The position numbers and the translations under genes are program-made. A DNA stretch of 64,000 nt, from the NCBI GenBank assembly GCA_025057155.1, contig JANWYD010000016.1, positions 54,056 to 118,055 of the forward strand. Direction: 5' to 3'. The notes under the pieces were generated by a model. It saw nothing but the letters and a program-made list of their open reading frames with translations, ran no database searches and was not told where the DNA came from. Each line of letters starts with the position of its first letter. The stretch's first letter is position 1. The DNA is from Chloroflexaceae bacterium (GTDB taxonomy: Bacteria; Chloroflexota; Chloroflexia; Chloroflexales; Chloroflexaceae). Shown here in pieces: positions 19,612-29,694 of the stretch.

Positions 19612-19854
19612 ATGGCTGATTTAAAGAACCGTCTTACGGAGGTTAACGCAAAGATTGAGGCCCTCGAAGAGGAACGGCGGGTTATCTATGAAGACAGCCA
19701 CGTTGACGAATTCGAGCACCCCCGCCTTAGCGTGATCAACGAAGAACTGGAACATCTGTGGGACTTAAAGCGCCGTCTGGAAGCCGCCATCTCGGCCGGG
19801 TTGAGCGAGTTGCCTGTGCCGCCCCCCGAAACCTTTGAGATCGGTGAGCAGTGA
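19612..19854 (+). CDS. DUF2630-like small coiled-coil protein
   Basis: SD GAGGAGGGG. The pattern is a leader helix, an acidic loop, then LEHLWDLKRR, as I recall for DUF2630. Confidence 0.55.
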   Translation: MADLKNRLTEVNAKIEALEEERRVIYEDSHVDEFEHPRLSVINEELEHLWDLKRRLEAAISAGLSELPVPPPETFEIGEQ

Positions 19855-20009
19855 GTTACGATCCGCAACGCAAGGCGGATGTTCCGGCGCGGGCACGTGT
19901 TCGGATTGATCGCAGAACACGCAGAGAAACATAGCAGATGCGCCGTTTGAAGCTCTTTGCACTGCTCTGCGGCGCAGACGTATTCGGCGGACATGAACAT
20001 TATCCTGTG

Positions 20010-20030
20010 TGGGAGGGCTGCACCCTCCCA
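20010..20030. terminator. family-6 hairpin between convergent genes
   Basis: The sequence tgggagggctgcaccctccca lies 31 nt beyond the stop of the minus-strand gene. Confidence 0.35.
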
Positions 20031-20060
20031 CCCCCTTGCATCCGGCGCGCTACTGTTCTC

Positions 20061-21113
20061 TCAGAGACACCCGGCCCCGCTGCACACACTATCCGGCACC
20101 GGCGTAACGACCGGGGTTGTGCCAGGCCCGCCGCCGGGCACGAGCCGGTACTCAGCCGTCGCGCGCAGGCGGCTGGTGTTGCCATAGGCTGTGTAGGTGC
20201 GCAGACCGACCGGCGCCTGCTCGCTCAGGTAAAGCGTCACGACGAAGGCGCCGCCCGCATCGGCGACTACATCCCCGATCCACAGGGTCGAGTAATCCGG
20301 CAGGGTGACCCAGATCGTCACGATTTCCCCTGGCTGGAAGCCCCACCCGCTGAAGACGGCGTAGCTCCGCTGGTCATCGGGCGAGGACTCGACCCGCAGA
20401 TTGGCGCGGCCGGCAGGCACGGTCAGGTCAGCCACCTGCACATCAAACTCGGCAATGCCATTCGCGCCGCTGTTCACGCCGCGCGCCGTCAGCGCGTAGC
20501 GGCCAACCGGAACGCCGGTGACCTTCAGCACATACTCGATCTGCCCGCTCGGGCCGGCCTGCGTCCGCCCCAGGTCTTCCACCGTCGCATCGGGATAGCG
20601 CAGCCAGAGCGCCACCGGCTCGTTGGTGCGATAGCCGCTGCCGCGGAAGATGAAGGTGCGCCCCTGCCGATCACCCCCCGGATGGACGCTCAGTGTCACG
20701 TTCGGCGATGGGCCAGGCGCCTGTCCGATGCTGACTTCAATTGAGGCATAGACTTCACGCCCGCTGCTCTGCCCGAAGGCGGTATAGGTATAGCGGCCAA
20801 CCGGGGTGAAGGTTGCGCCAAGGAAGTCGGGCACGTAAGGGAAGTTGAAGGCCCCGTCGCCGTTAGTAACGACCTCGGCGACGCCAAAGACCGAGAAGTC
20901 GGGATAGGTGATCCAGATGGACACGGTCTCTCCCGGCGAAAAACCAGAACCGATGAGGGTGACCGTGTCGTTTTGCCGGGGCTTTGCGGGTGTGGCGATC
21001 AGACTGGCCGAACTGGCGGCGCTCTGCCAGGTCCACACGCCGATCAGCAGCGCCAGAGCCGCAGTGAAGCAGACAAGAACGATCCTTGCCACCGATTGCT
21101 GACCTTTGAGCAT
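20061..21113 (-). CDS. secreted protein with three tandem ~100-aa Ig-like repeats
   Basis: Signal anchor MLKGQQSVARIVLVCFTAALALLIGVW with an AGGAGA SD. The repeated block is G.GF.PGE.V..W.T.PD...........G.F. The track ORF extends to 21266. Confidence 0.7.
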   Translation of the reverse strand: MLKGQQSVARIVLVCFTAALALLIGVWTWQSAASSASLIATPAKPRQNDTVTLIGSGFSPGETVSIWITYPDFSVFGVAEVVTNGDGAFNFPYVPDFLGATFTPVGRYTYTAFGQSSGREVYASIEVSIGQAPGPSPNVTLSVHPGGDRQGRTFIFRGSGYRTNEPVALWLRYPDATVEDLGRTQAGPSGQIEYVLKVTGVPVGRYALTARGVNSGANGIAEFDVQVADLTVPAGRANLRVESSPDDQRSYAVFSGWGFQPGEIVTIWVTLPDYSTLWIGDVVADAGGAFVVTLYLSEQAPVGLRTYTAYGNTSRLRATAEYRLVPGGGPGTTPVVTPVPDSVCSGAGCL

Positions 21114-21416
21114 TATCGTTCTCCTGTGCTGAGTTGGGATTACTGAAGCGCATGAGGCTGTCTGGGTTAACGGTTCACCTCCTGGCGCCGCGCCTTCCGC
21201 GAAGGAGAAGGTCACGGTCATAAGCCCATACGGCGTCGTTCCACCTGCGGGTAGACTACTGCACACCCCCCTATCCGAAGGGAAGTCGTAAGTGACGAGA
21301 GGATGACAGAGAACTTACAACCTGCTAACAAACTCACCCCTTTATCTGAAGCAAGGTTTATGCTAGAATGGCATCGTTCACGCATACCGCCACGACAGCG
21401 GAAGGAAGACGAGGGG

Positions 21417-22418
21417 ATGCTCAGAACCACGTGTCGCGTCGCCCTGGTGATGGGCCTGGCGCTTGCCCTTCTCGCCAGCGGAGCGCCTGTCGCCGCCGGC
21501 GCCACGCTGCCTCGCAGCGCAGCGGAGGCTTCCATTCCGCGTGGCAGCGTTACCAGCCGGCCCTACACGGTGATGATTGACAATCACCCGAAAGCCTATC
21601 CCCAGACGGGCCTTAACCGGGCGGCCATCGTCTTCGAGGCTCTCGCCGAGTACGGCATCACCCGCTACATGGCGGTCTATTTCCCCGGCATCACTCCGGA
21701 TCTGGCGACCATCGGGCCAGTGCGCAGCGCTCGCGCCTACTTCGTCGAATGGGCCAGGGGGCTGCGCGGGGTCTATGTGCATGCTGGCGGCGCCCCCGAC
21801 GCGCTGACCATGGCCGCAACTTCGGTCGAGATTGTGGATATGGACGCGCTGAAAAATGATGCCAGCGCCGCCTTCGTGCGCAGCGCCGATCGTCTTGCGC
21901 CCCACAATCTCTACACCTCCAGCGCCCGTATTGCCGCCTTCCTCGATCAGCGTCGGGCCAATCAGCCTGATCTGCGCGAGATTGGCTTTCGTATTAAAAG
22001 CGACCGTCCCGCCACCACTCCTCGCGCCCAGCGCATCAGCTACTACTTCATTTACCCCGAGTCCTACGTGAGCTGGCGCTATGACCGGACCACGAACAGC
22101 TATCTCTACTTCCGCCAGCAGCGCCCGCACGTGGACGCCGCCACCGGCGAGCAACTGCGCTTCAAGAACATTGTGGTGCTCGAAGTGCCCGAGCGCCCTA
22201 TTCCTGGCGATCCCAAACAACGCATTCAACAAGATGTGATCGGTCAGGGGCCGGCGCGGGTGTTCTTCGACGGGCGGATGATCGAGGCTACCTGGCGCAA
22301 AGGCGCCGGCTTCGCCCAGTTGCAACTCTTCGATCGCTACGACCGGGAGCTGCCTTTCAATAGCGGGCCGATCTGGTTCGCAGCTATTCCATCGTTGACG
22401 AATCTTACTGTGGAATGA
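21417..22418 (+). CDS. DUF3048 domain protein (YerB-like secreted protein)
   Basis: A signal peptide followed by YTVMIDNHPKAYPQTGLNRAAIVFEALAEYGITRYMAVYF...GPVRSARAYF. Confidence 0.75.
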   Translation: MLRTTCRVALVMGLALALLASGAPVAAGATLPRSAAEASIPRGSVTSRPYTVMIDNHPKAYPQTGLNRAAIVFEALAEYGITRYMAVYFPGITPDLATIGPVRSARAYFVEWARGLRGVYVHAGGAPDALTMAATSVEIVDMDALKNDASAAFVRSADRLAPHNLYTSSARIAAFLDQRRANQPDLREIGFRIKSDRPATTPRAQRISYYFIYPESYVSWRYDRTTNSYLYFRQQRPHVDAATGEQLRFKNIVVLEVPERPIPGDPKQRIQQDVIGQGPARVFFDGRMIEATWRKGAGFAQLQLFDRYDRELPFNSGPIWFAAIPSLTNLTVE

Positions 22419-22470
22419 GGGGGCGCCCTGCCAGCAGGGATCGGTTAACCAGATCGTCCCGGGAGAGCAC

Positions 22471-23826
22471 ATGACCGCAGGCCATGTCCGTCACCTTCTC
22501 GGCCTCGCCATCCTTGCCTTGATGGCCGCCCTGACCGCTCCGGCTGAGGCTATGCCCGCCGCCGAGGAGTCTCGACCGGCCCTTGCGCCCACCTACCGCA
22601 TCTTCGCCACTCGCGAAGGGCTGGTCGGGCGCCGCACGGCCAATGGCCATATCATCCAGCCGCGTGACCGCTTCGTCGCCCTGCCTTCGTGGACTGTCCT
22701 CTCCCCCCGCGGTTCCGACAAGTTCCGCGTGCGCCTGACCTACCAGGGCCGCACTGTGGTTGTGCCCGTCTGGGACGTCGGCCCGTGGAACACCAACGAC
22801 GATTACTGGAACGTCAACCGGCGCTATAAGGATCTCCCCGTAGGCATGCCCATGGCCCAGGCCGCCTTCCTGCATGGCTACAACGGCGGCCGTGATGAAC
22901 GCGGGCGCCGCATCCAGGACCCCAACGGCATCGACATTGCCGATGGCACATTCTGGGACGATCTGCGCATGACCCGCAACGACTGGGTGGACGTAACCTT
23001 CCTCTGGCTGGGCGCCGATCCGGGACCCGGCAACGCCGTGCCTATCGAGGTGCCCGCGCCCGCCCCCGCTCCCCCGCCGCCTCCGCGCCCTCCGAAACCG
23101 GTTACTGTGGAGCCAGGCGCTGTTACCGTAGACAATACCGACCCGGGCTTCGCTCCCGGCGGCGCCCCCTGGTCCGAGGCGGCCTGCGGTCTTGGCGGCG
23201 CCCACGCCTGGACCTACTCGACCGGCGATCCCTCGAAGGCTGCCGCCAGCGCCGCATGGACGCCTCAGCTTCCGGGCGCGGGGTTCTACGAACTGCGGGC
23301 CTACATCCCCGAGTGCGGCGAACGCGCCACCGCCTCCGCCCGCTATGTCATCCACCACGACGGCGGAGTGAGCGAGGCGCGGGTTGACCAGCAGGCCAGC
23401 GCCGGAACGTGGGTAACGCTGGGAACCTTCCTCTTCGGGGCGAGCGGCGCGATGGTGGAACTGAGCGCCCTGACAGGCGACGAACGCCGCGTCGTGCGTT
23501 ACGACGTGTTGTCGTGGGCCTTGCGCCAGGACAGCGCTTCGCCCGCCGCGCGGGTGACAGGCATTCAGCGCAAGGGCAACGGCTATCAGATCACCTGGGG
23601 CGGAACCGATGACCTGAGCGGCGTCGCCAGCTACGATGTGCAGGTGCGCATGCTGCCCCGCGGCGGCTGGACCGACTGGAAGCGCGAGGTGGAGTTGACC
23701 ACGGCCTGGTTCGGCCCCGATGAAGGCAAGCACTTCGCCTTTCGGGTGCGCGCCCGCGATCGGGCCGGCAATCTCCAGCCCTGGCCCCCCGATGCGCAGA
23801 TGGACACCACGCAGGCCAGCCCGTAG
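22471..23826 (+). CDS. secreted RlpA-like DPBB domain protein with a golvesin-C-like domain and an FN3-like tail
   Basis: A signal peptide, then ATREGLVGRRTANGHII...VPVWDVGPW (double-psi beta-barrel), a Pro linker, and VDNTDPGF...W......G.YELRAYIP. Confidence 0.65.
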   Translation: MTAGHVRHLLGLAILALMAALTAPAEAMPAAEESRPALAPTYRIFATREGLVGRRTANGHIIQPRDRFVALPSWTVLSPRGSDKFRVRLTYQGRTVVVPVWDVGPWNTNDDYWNVNRRYKDLPVGMPMAQAAFLHGYNGGRDERGRRIQDPNGIDIADGTFWDDLRMTRNDWVDVTFLWLGADPGPGNAVPIEVPAPAPAPPPPPRPPKPVTVEPGAVTVDNTDPGFAPGGAPWSEAACGLGGAHAWTYSTGDPSKAAASAAWTPQLPGAGFYELRAYIPECGERATASARYVIHHDGGVSEARVDQQASAGTWVTLGTFLFGASGAMVELSALTGDERRVVRYDVLSWALRQDSASPAARVTGIQRKGNGYQITWGGTDDLSGVASYDVQVRMLPRGGWTDWKREVELTTAWFGPDEGKHFAFRVRARDRAGNLQPWPPDAQMDTTQASP

Positions 23827-23871
23827 GGCAATGTAAGAACATCTTCCGGTATCGCCGAACGCTGCGGGCTA

Positions 23872-23982
23872 ATGAAGGAATATAAACCGGTATTCGCTCC
23901 GTAGCCCGGCGGCTGAGGCCGCGGGCTACGGATGCGACGCCCGCCTGCGCGGGCTACGCCGGATTTAATTCTTAATCTTCAT
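23872..23982 (+). repeat. Family-3 MITE-like element (~115 bp, TIR atgaag.ttaagaat.taaaccgg)
   Basis: The internal double hairpin is ccgtagcccg..cgggctacgg and gcccgc ctgc gcgggc. A solo right terminus sits at 24082-24110. Confidence 0.8.
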
Positions 23983-24463
23983 AAGCCCTGGCTGAGGTCG
24001 CGAAAGCCCATGCGGGGCTTCCAAGCTCTAAGCGAGGGCTTTAGCCCGCAGCGCGTGATGCTGCCAAAGGGATGCTGGTGGTATACCGGATTCTTTTCTT
24101 AATCTTCATAACCCTCGGATCGCACAGGTCTGACAAAGTGGTTGCCTCCTCCTGAGACCTCTCCACCCCGCGCGTGACCTCGTTTAATTGATCTGCTATC
24201 ACTGGCGATATCGTGTTGACTCTGCTGACCGTAGCTGCTACTGTGGTAGGGCTGACATTATGGAAGCCCCTGGCTCGCAAGGGATCAGCCGTATCGCATC
24301 CGTCGGCGGGGATCGCTGTCTGGTTCGCGGTCGAGTTGATCGTCTGGCTCACCACAGCAGGCGCATCAATACCAAGCCAGGGATTAGCAAACTGCCGCCA
24401 GGCAGTCGGTCAGATGCGGAACATCGGGCGTCTCCCTCAGGCGCCGTCAGACAGGAGAAGTAA

Positions 24464-25420
24464 ATGGCGGAGATACTTACGACCCTCTCGAACGTCTTCA
24501 CGCTCATATTTGTGGTCTGCAGCATGCTATCCCTTGGGTTAAGCCTCACGATCCGGCAGATCGTCGATCCCCTGACCGACCTCGGGCTGGTGGCCCGGGC
24601 GCTCCTCGCTAACTTTGTGCTGGCGCCGCTGCTGGCCTATCTGCTACGGGCCGTCATTCCAATGAACGAGTCGTATGGGGTCGGGCTCATTCTGCTCTCC
24701 ACTGCTGCGGGCGCTCCATTCCTGCCTAAGCTGGTGCAACTCGCCAGGAGCGATGTGCCGTTTGGGGTCGGGCTGATGGTGCTGCTGATGGTTGCGACAG
24801 TTGTGTACATGCCGCTCGTAATGCCGCTGTTGCTGGCGGGGGTGAGCGTCAATCCTGTAGATATCGCCTCGTCGCTGGTCGTCCTGATGCTCATTCCGCT
24901 GGGGATCGGGCTGTTTATCAAATCTCGCTACCCCGAGATCGCGGCCGACCTGCAACCGCACTTCGCCCAGGCCTCTAACGTGGGTCTGATCGGCCTGTTT
25001 GCAACCAGTCTGCTGCTCAACTGGCGCACGCTCCTGGGCGCCATCGGGAGTGGCGCGCTTGCCGCTGCGCTGCTGTTTATCGTCGGCAGCTTTGTGCTCG
25101 GCTACTTCCTCGGCACGTCTGCGGATACGCGACCGGTGCTTGCCCTGGGCACCGCCCAGCGCAACATAGCCGCGGCAATGGTGGTCGCCACCGGCCATTT
25201 CGCGAGCGATCCCGACGTGCTCGTAATGGTGCTCGTAGCCGCAACGTTGATGCTGGCCCGTGCGGCGGAGGGGGTCCGGCTGCCGGGACCTCGTAATGGT
25301 GCTCGTAGCCGCAACGTTGATGCTGGCGCTCCTGTTGCCGGGAGCGGGCGAGCTCGGCAAGCGGCGCGCACGCGCAACTACCGAGGATACGGCGCTCAGG
25401 TCGGCATAGTGTTCCGATAG
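24464..25420 (+). CDS. bile acid:sodium symporter (BASS/SBF) family transporter, with its 3' end frame-shifted by a 70-bp duplication
   Basis: About 9 TM segments, BASS-like GLILLSTAAGAPF and LGTAQRNIAAA, and SD AGGAGA. The tail after residue ~265 is non-hydrophobic Arg-rich junk. Confidence 0.8.
   Translation: MAEILTTLSNVFTLIFVVCSMLSLGLSLTIRQIVDPLTDLGLVARALLANFVLAPLLAYLLRAVIPMNESYGVGLILLSTAAGAPFLPKLVQLARSDVPFGVGLMVLLMVATVVYMPLVMPLLLAGVSVNPVDIASSLVVLMLIPLGIGLFIKSRYPEIAADLQPHFAQASNVGLIGLFATSLLLNWRTLLGAIGSGALAAALLFIVGSFVLGYFLGTSADTRPVLALGTAQRNIAAAMVVATGHFASDPDVLVMVLVAATLMLARAAEGVRLPGPRNGARSRNVDAGAPVAGSGRARQAARTRNYRGYGAQVGIVFR
25220..25327 (+). repeat. direct duplication of a 38-nt segment with a 70-nt offset, inside the BASS gene
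   Basis: ctcgtaatggtgctcgtagccgcaacgttgatgctggc occurs at 25220-25257 and again at 25290-25327. Confidence 0.9.
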
Positions 25421-25753
25421 CTGATGGTACGTGCGGTTCTGGTCGTCTTCGCCGGAAGCCAGCCTCGCTACCCGTCCGAGGGTGGCCAGCGATACGCGGA
25501 GCGCCCCGGCGACAAAACGGAGAGACGGCCCGCCGCGCCGTCTCTCCGTCGCCCACGGGACGGGCATGCGATTATGGGCGCGGGCCGGCCCCCCGTCGCC
25601 CCCGGGACCGGCCCCCGGTTCCGGGCGGCGCAGGATGCGCCGGGGGGCGCGGGCGCCCGCGCCCCCCTGGCGGCCATCCATTCCATCCGTCCGGCGACGA
25701 TACGTCCCGGCGGCGATGCAGGGGACGGTCGCGTTCTCTGGTTCCGGCGGCGA

Positions 25754-26956
25754 TCACTTATCCTGGAGCGCAGCCACGCCGGGCAGCACCTTGCCTTCGA
25801 GCAGTTCGAGGGAGGCCCCGCCACCGGTCGAAACGTGGGACATCTTCTCGGCCAGGCCGGCCTGTTCCACAGCGGCCACCGAGTCGCCGCCGCCCACAAT
25901 TGTGGTCGCGCCGCGCTCGGAGGCGGCGGCCATGGCCTGGGCGATGGCATAGGTGCCGGCGGCGAAGGAAGTCATCTCGAACACGCCCATCGGCCCGTTC
26001 CAGATCACCAGTTGCGCCTGGCCGATCTGATCGCTGTAGAGCTTCACCGTTTCGGGGCCGATATCGAGAATGCGCCAGCCCTCAGGCACGGCGTCTACGC
26101 TGACCACGCGCGTCTGCGCATCGGCGCTGAAGGCATCAGCGATCACCGCGTCTACCGGCAGCAACAGGCGCACATTGGCCGCCTGGGCCTTGGCGATCAA
26201 GTCGCGAGCCACGTCGAGGCTATCCGGCTCCACCAGCGAGTCGCCCACGGCTTTGCCCTGCGCCAGGAGGAAGGTATTGGCCATGCCGCCGCCGATGAGC
26301 AACGCGTCCACCTTGCCGAGGAGGTTCTCAATCACGCCGATCTTGTCACTGATCTTGGCTCCGCCGATGATGGTCACGAAGGGATGTCTGGGGTTCTCCA
26401 GCGCCCCGCCGATGAACTCCAGTTCCTTCTCCATCAGGAAGCCGGCGACGGCCGGCAGGAAGTGGGCCACGCCCTCGGTGGAGGCATTGGCGCGGTGGGC
26501 CGCGCCGAAGGCGTCATTGACGAAGACATCGCCGAGGCGGGCGAGTTCGGCGGCCATTGCCGGGTCGTTCTTCTCCTCACGGGGGTCGAAGCGCGTATTC
26601 TCGAGCATCAAGACGATCCCGGGCTTGAGATCAGCCGCGGCGGCCTCGGCGGCAGGACCGGTGATCGCCTCGGTCTTGCGCACCTCTTGCGCCTCGGGGA
26701 GCAACTCGAAGAGCCGCTCGACGACGGGGCGCATGCTGTACTTGGGGTCCACTTTGCCCTTCGGGCGGCCCAGGTGCGACATGAGCACCACACCGTTGGC
26801 GCCATGCTCCAGGAGGTACCGAATCGTCGGCAGCGCGGCGCGAATGCGGGTATCGTCGGTGACGTTACCCGCCTCGTCCTGCGGCACGTTGAAATCAACG
26901 CGCACCAGCGCGCGCTTGCCGGCCCACTCGACGTCGCGGATGGTCTTTTTGTTCAT
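25754..26956 (-). CDS. pgk: phosphoglycerate kinase
   Basis: [25 protein letters not shown]...RIRAALPTI...GGGDS. The protein is 400 aa, with SD AAGGAGA. Confidence 0.97.
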   Translation of the reverse strand: MNKKTIRDVEWAGKRALVRVDFNVPQDEAGNVTDDTRIRAALPTIRYLLEHGANGVVLMSHLGRPKGKVDPKYSMRPVVERLFELLPEAQEVRKTEAITGPAAEAAAADLKPGIVLMLENTRFDPREEKNDPAMAAELARLGDVFVNDAFGAAHRANASTEGVAHFLPAVAGFLMEKELEFIGGALENPRHPFVTIIGGAKISDKIGVIENLLGKVDALLIGGGMANTFLLAQGKAVGDSLVEPDSLDVARDLIAKAQAANVRLLLPVDAVIADAFSADAQTRVVSVDAVPEGWRILDIGPETVKLYSDQIGQAQLVIWNGPMGVFEMTSFAAGTYAIAQAMAAASERGATTIVGGGDSVAAVEQAGLAEKMSHVSTGGGASLELLEGKVLPGVAALQDK

Positions 26957-27258
26957 AGGGGATCTCCTTCTGCGGAACTATCCCGGCGCGAACCATTGTA
27001 GCATAGGTGGGGGCCGCGCTTTCTCTCATCATCCCCTCCGCAGGGCCAGTGCAATCTCCACTGCTGCGGCGGGGTTCGGAGCGGCCAGGCCGCCCGATAG
27101 GGCAGTTCTGATTGAGGCTTGCCCCCGTATGAAGCAGGCAAGATGGAGCTCTTCGATAGCGCTTCTCGACATGATTGACCCGCAACGATGGCGGCGCGAG
27201 CGCAGCGAACCACGCAGCTCAGGGTCGTCAGAGGATCAAGGATTCCAGTCAGCGCTCT

Positions 27259-27295
27259 AAACAACAAACACTGGGGGCGGCTGAGCCGCCCCCAG
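27259..27295 (-). terminator. intrinsic terminator of the EF-G paralog gene
   Basis: An 11-bp stem (ctgggggcggc tga gccgcccccag) followed on the minus strand by tgtttgttgttt, 23 nt after the stop. Confidence 0.7.
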
Positions 27296-27317
27296 TCCGC
27301 ATAAGGCTGGCGCGCCA

Positions 27318-29429
27318 TCAATGGGCGTTGGCGGCTTCGACTTCTTTCTTGTGCTGGGCGATGATCGCGTCAACCAGGTGGCCGGGCACCTCCTCGTAGT
27401 GCGAGAAACGCATCGAGAAGCGCCCGCGGGCCTGCGTCAGCGCGCGAAGGTCGGTGACGTAGCGCTGCACCTCGGCGAGGGGGGCCTGGGCGCTGATCAC
27501 CGTGCGGCCGTTACTGGCGGGCATCATGCCGAGCACGCGCCCGCGCCGCGAGCTCATATCGCTCATCACGTCGCCAGCGTACTGATCGGGCACGACGATC
27601 TCCAGGGTGTAGATGGGTTCCATGATGTACACCCCGGCCTTCTGGGCAGCCAGCTTGAAGGCTTCCTTGCCGGCGATCTTGAAGGCGATTTCCTTCGAGT
27701 CAACCGGATGCTCCTTGCCGTCGAAGACCGCCACGCGCACATTGGTGATCGGACTGCCCGAGAGCAGGCCCTCGGCCATAGCCTCGCGCACGCCCTTCTC
27801 GATGGCCGGCATGAAGCCCTTTGAGATTACCCCGCCAACAATCTCATTGACAAACTCCAGCGGGTCCTCGCGGTTGGGGTCAGGCTCCAGCGGCTCGACC
27901 CGCAGCGCCACGTCGGCGAACTGCCCGGCGCCGCCGGTCTGCTTCTTGTGGCGATACTGGGCCTCGGCCCGGCCACGGATGGCCTCGCGGTAGGGCACCC
28001 GCGGCAGGTCAATGTCAATATTCACGTCGAACTTGCGCTTCATGCGCTCGGCGACGATCTGCAGGTGGCTCTCGCCCAGCCCGGCGAGCAGGGTCTCGCC
28101 CGTTTGCGGGTCGCGGGAGACGACCAGGGTGGGGTCCTCCTCGACCATGCGGCCCAGGGCGCTGCTGAGCTTATCGAGGTCGGCGCGGCTGCGCGGTTTG
28201 ACCGTGGCGATGAACGCCGGGGCAGGGAAGGCGATCGGCTCCAGTTGCAGGAGGCGGCCCGGGGCGCAGAGGGTGTCGTTGGTGGAGGTTTCGGCGAGTT
28301 TGGTGATCATGCCGATATCGCCGGGGCCGATGCTCTCCACGTCGCGCTGCTCCTTGCCGAAGACGCTGTAGACGTGGCCGACGCGCTCTTCCTTGCGGGT
28401 GCGGCTGTTCACCAGGGTCGAGTTGGCCCGCACCTGGCCGGAGTAAACGCGGAAGTAGCTGATCTTGCCGTAGGTGTCGGCGATGGTCTTGAAGACCAGG
28501 GCCGTCACCGGCTCATCGGCGGCGGGGCGCAGGGTGATCAGCTCGCCGCTGGCCAGGTCGGTGGCCGCCACCTCCTGGCGCGCAGCGGCGGGGATGCTAT
28601 CCACGATGCCATTGAGCAACTGCTGGATGCCGGCCACTTCCAGGGCCGAGCCGCAGAAGACGGGCACAATCGAGCCGTCGGCGATGCCGGTGCGGAGGCC
28701 GAGCAGCAACTCCTCGCGGGTCAGGGCGTCCTCGCCGCCCTCCAGGTAGCGCTCGATCAACTCATCATTGGTGGCGGCGATGCGGTCAATCAGCGCGGTG
28801 CGCCACTCGTGCATCACGGCGTCGAGTTCGGCAGGCACGTCCGCCTCGATGAAGTCGCCATTGTGTTTGGGCGAGATCATCCAGGCGCGCTGTTGCCGCA
28901 GGGAGATGATGCCCTTAAACTCCTTGCCCGCGCCGATGGGGATCTGCATCGGGATCACCGCGGCGTCGAGGCGCTCGCGGGCCTGCTCGATCACCCGGTA
29001 GAAATTCGCATTATCGCGGTCAAGCTTGTTGACAAACAAGATGCGCGGCACCTTCTGCTGAACGGCCATCTCCCAGACCATCTCGGTGCCGACTTCGACG
29101 CCCGCGGCGGCGTCAAGCACAATCACGGCGCCATCCACCACGCGCATCGCCGCGGCGATGTCACCGGCAAAATCGGCGAAGCCGGGAGTGTCAATCAGAT
29201 TGATCTTGTCATCATGCCACTCGAGGGGGAGCACGGAGAGGGAAACGGACATCCCGCGCCGGTGCTCGTCGGGGTCATAATCGCTCACGGTTGACCCATC
29301 TTCGACGCGCCCCATGCGCGGGATGGCGTGTGCGGTCATCAGCATCGCCTCGGCCAGCGTTGTCTTCCCGCTGCCGAGGTGACCAAATATGCCGATGTTG
29401 TGTATCCTTTCCGGTCCGTACGGTCGCAT
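27318..29429 (-). CDS. elongation factor G paralog (EF-G2-like translational GTPase), not in a str operon
   Basis: IGIFGHLGSGKTTL (G1), DTPGFADF, NKLD, and full five-domain length. The ATG at 29429 has GAGGAGG upstream. The track ORF extends to 29573. Confidence 0.9.
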   Translation of the reverse strand: MRPYGPERIHNIGIFGHLGSGKTTLAEAMLMTAHAIPRMGRVEDGSTVSDYDPDEHRRGMSVSLSVLPLEWHDDKINLIDTPGFADFAGDIAAAMRVVDGAVIVLDAAAGVEVGTEMVWEMAVQQKVPRILFVNKLDRDNANFYRVIEQARERLDAAVIPMQIPIGAGKEFKGIISLRQQRAWMISPKHNGDFIEADVPAELDAVMHEWRTALIDRIAATNDELIERYLEGGEDALTREELLLGLRTGIADGSIVPVFCGSALEVAGIQQLLNGIVDSIPAAARQEVAATDLASGELITLRPAADEPVTALVFKTIADTYGKISYFRVYSGQVRANSTLVNSRTRKEERVGHVYSVFGKEQRDVESIGPGDIGMITKLAETSTNDTLCAPGRLLQLEPIAFPAPAFIATVKPRSRADLDKLSSALGRMVEEDPTLVVSRDPQTGETLLAGLGESHLQIVAERMKRKFDVNIDIDLPRVPYREAIRGRAEAQYRHKKQTGGAGQFADVALRVEPLEPDPNREDPLEFVNEIVGGVISKGFMPAIEKGVREAMAEGLLSGSPITNVRVAVFDGKEHPVDSKEIAFKIAGKEAFKLAAQKAGVYIMEPIYTLEIVVPDQYAGDVMSDMSSRRGRVLGMMPASNGRTVISAQAPLAEVQRYVTDLRALTQARGRFSMRFSHYEEVPGHLVDAIIAQHKKEVEAANAH

Positions 29430-29617
29430 GGCTGTCCTCCTCGACGTGTCCAACGCGCCGCCTTCAAGATGTGACCAGCTTCCGCGGGGTGTGCACCCCG
29501 TAACCCGCCGGGCGGGATTGGAATACGGGCTGTGTAGATGCAGCCCCGGCCCCTTTCCACATGTTCTGGTCACACTGCCGGCAGGCGCAGCCTGGAAAGG
29601 GGTTGCGTTAAGAACAG

Positions 29618-29645
29618 ATTATAGTGGCGGAAATGGTTGCGTCAA
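29618..29645 (-). promoter_or_regulatory. near-consensus sigma70 promoter (TTGACG, 16 nt, TATAAT) for the EF-G paralog
   Basis: The minus strand reads ccaTTGACGcaaccatttccgccacTATAATc. This implies a 5' UTR of ~180 nt. Confidence 0.55.
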
Positions 29646-29694
29646 TGGGAGAGGCCGCAACACAGGAAATGTTCAGGGGATGCACACTGGAGCC

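Noticed and set aside
24041-24542. ORFs 24213-24542(+) and 24041-24355(-) upstream of the BASS gene.
   Set aside because: GC3 is mixed and unlike neighbouring genes. The minus ORF runs into MITE termini (the MKIKKRIRY string), and the plus ORF overlaps the well-supported BASS start. It may still be a recently acquired small membrane protein, but this is unsupported.
25421-25753. An extremely GC-rich 330-bp spacer downstream of pgk as a hidden small gene.
   Set aside because: All frames give Pro/Arg/Gly strings, with no SD or start context. It is more likely non-coding or a remnant.
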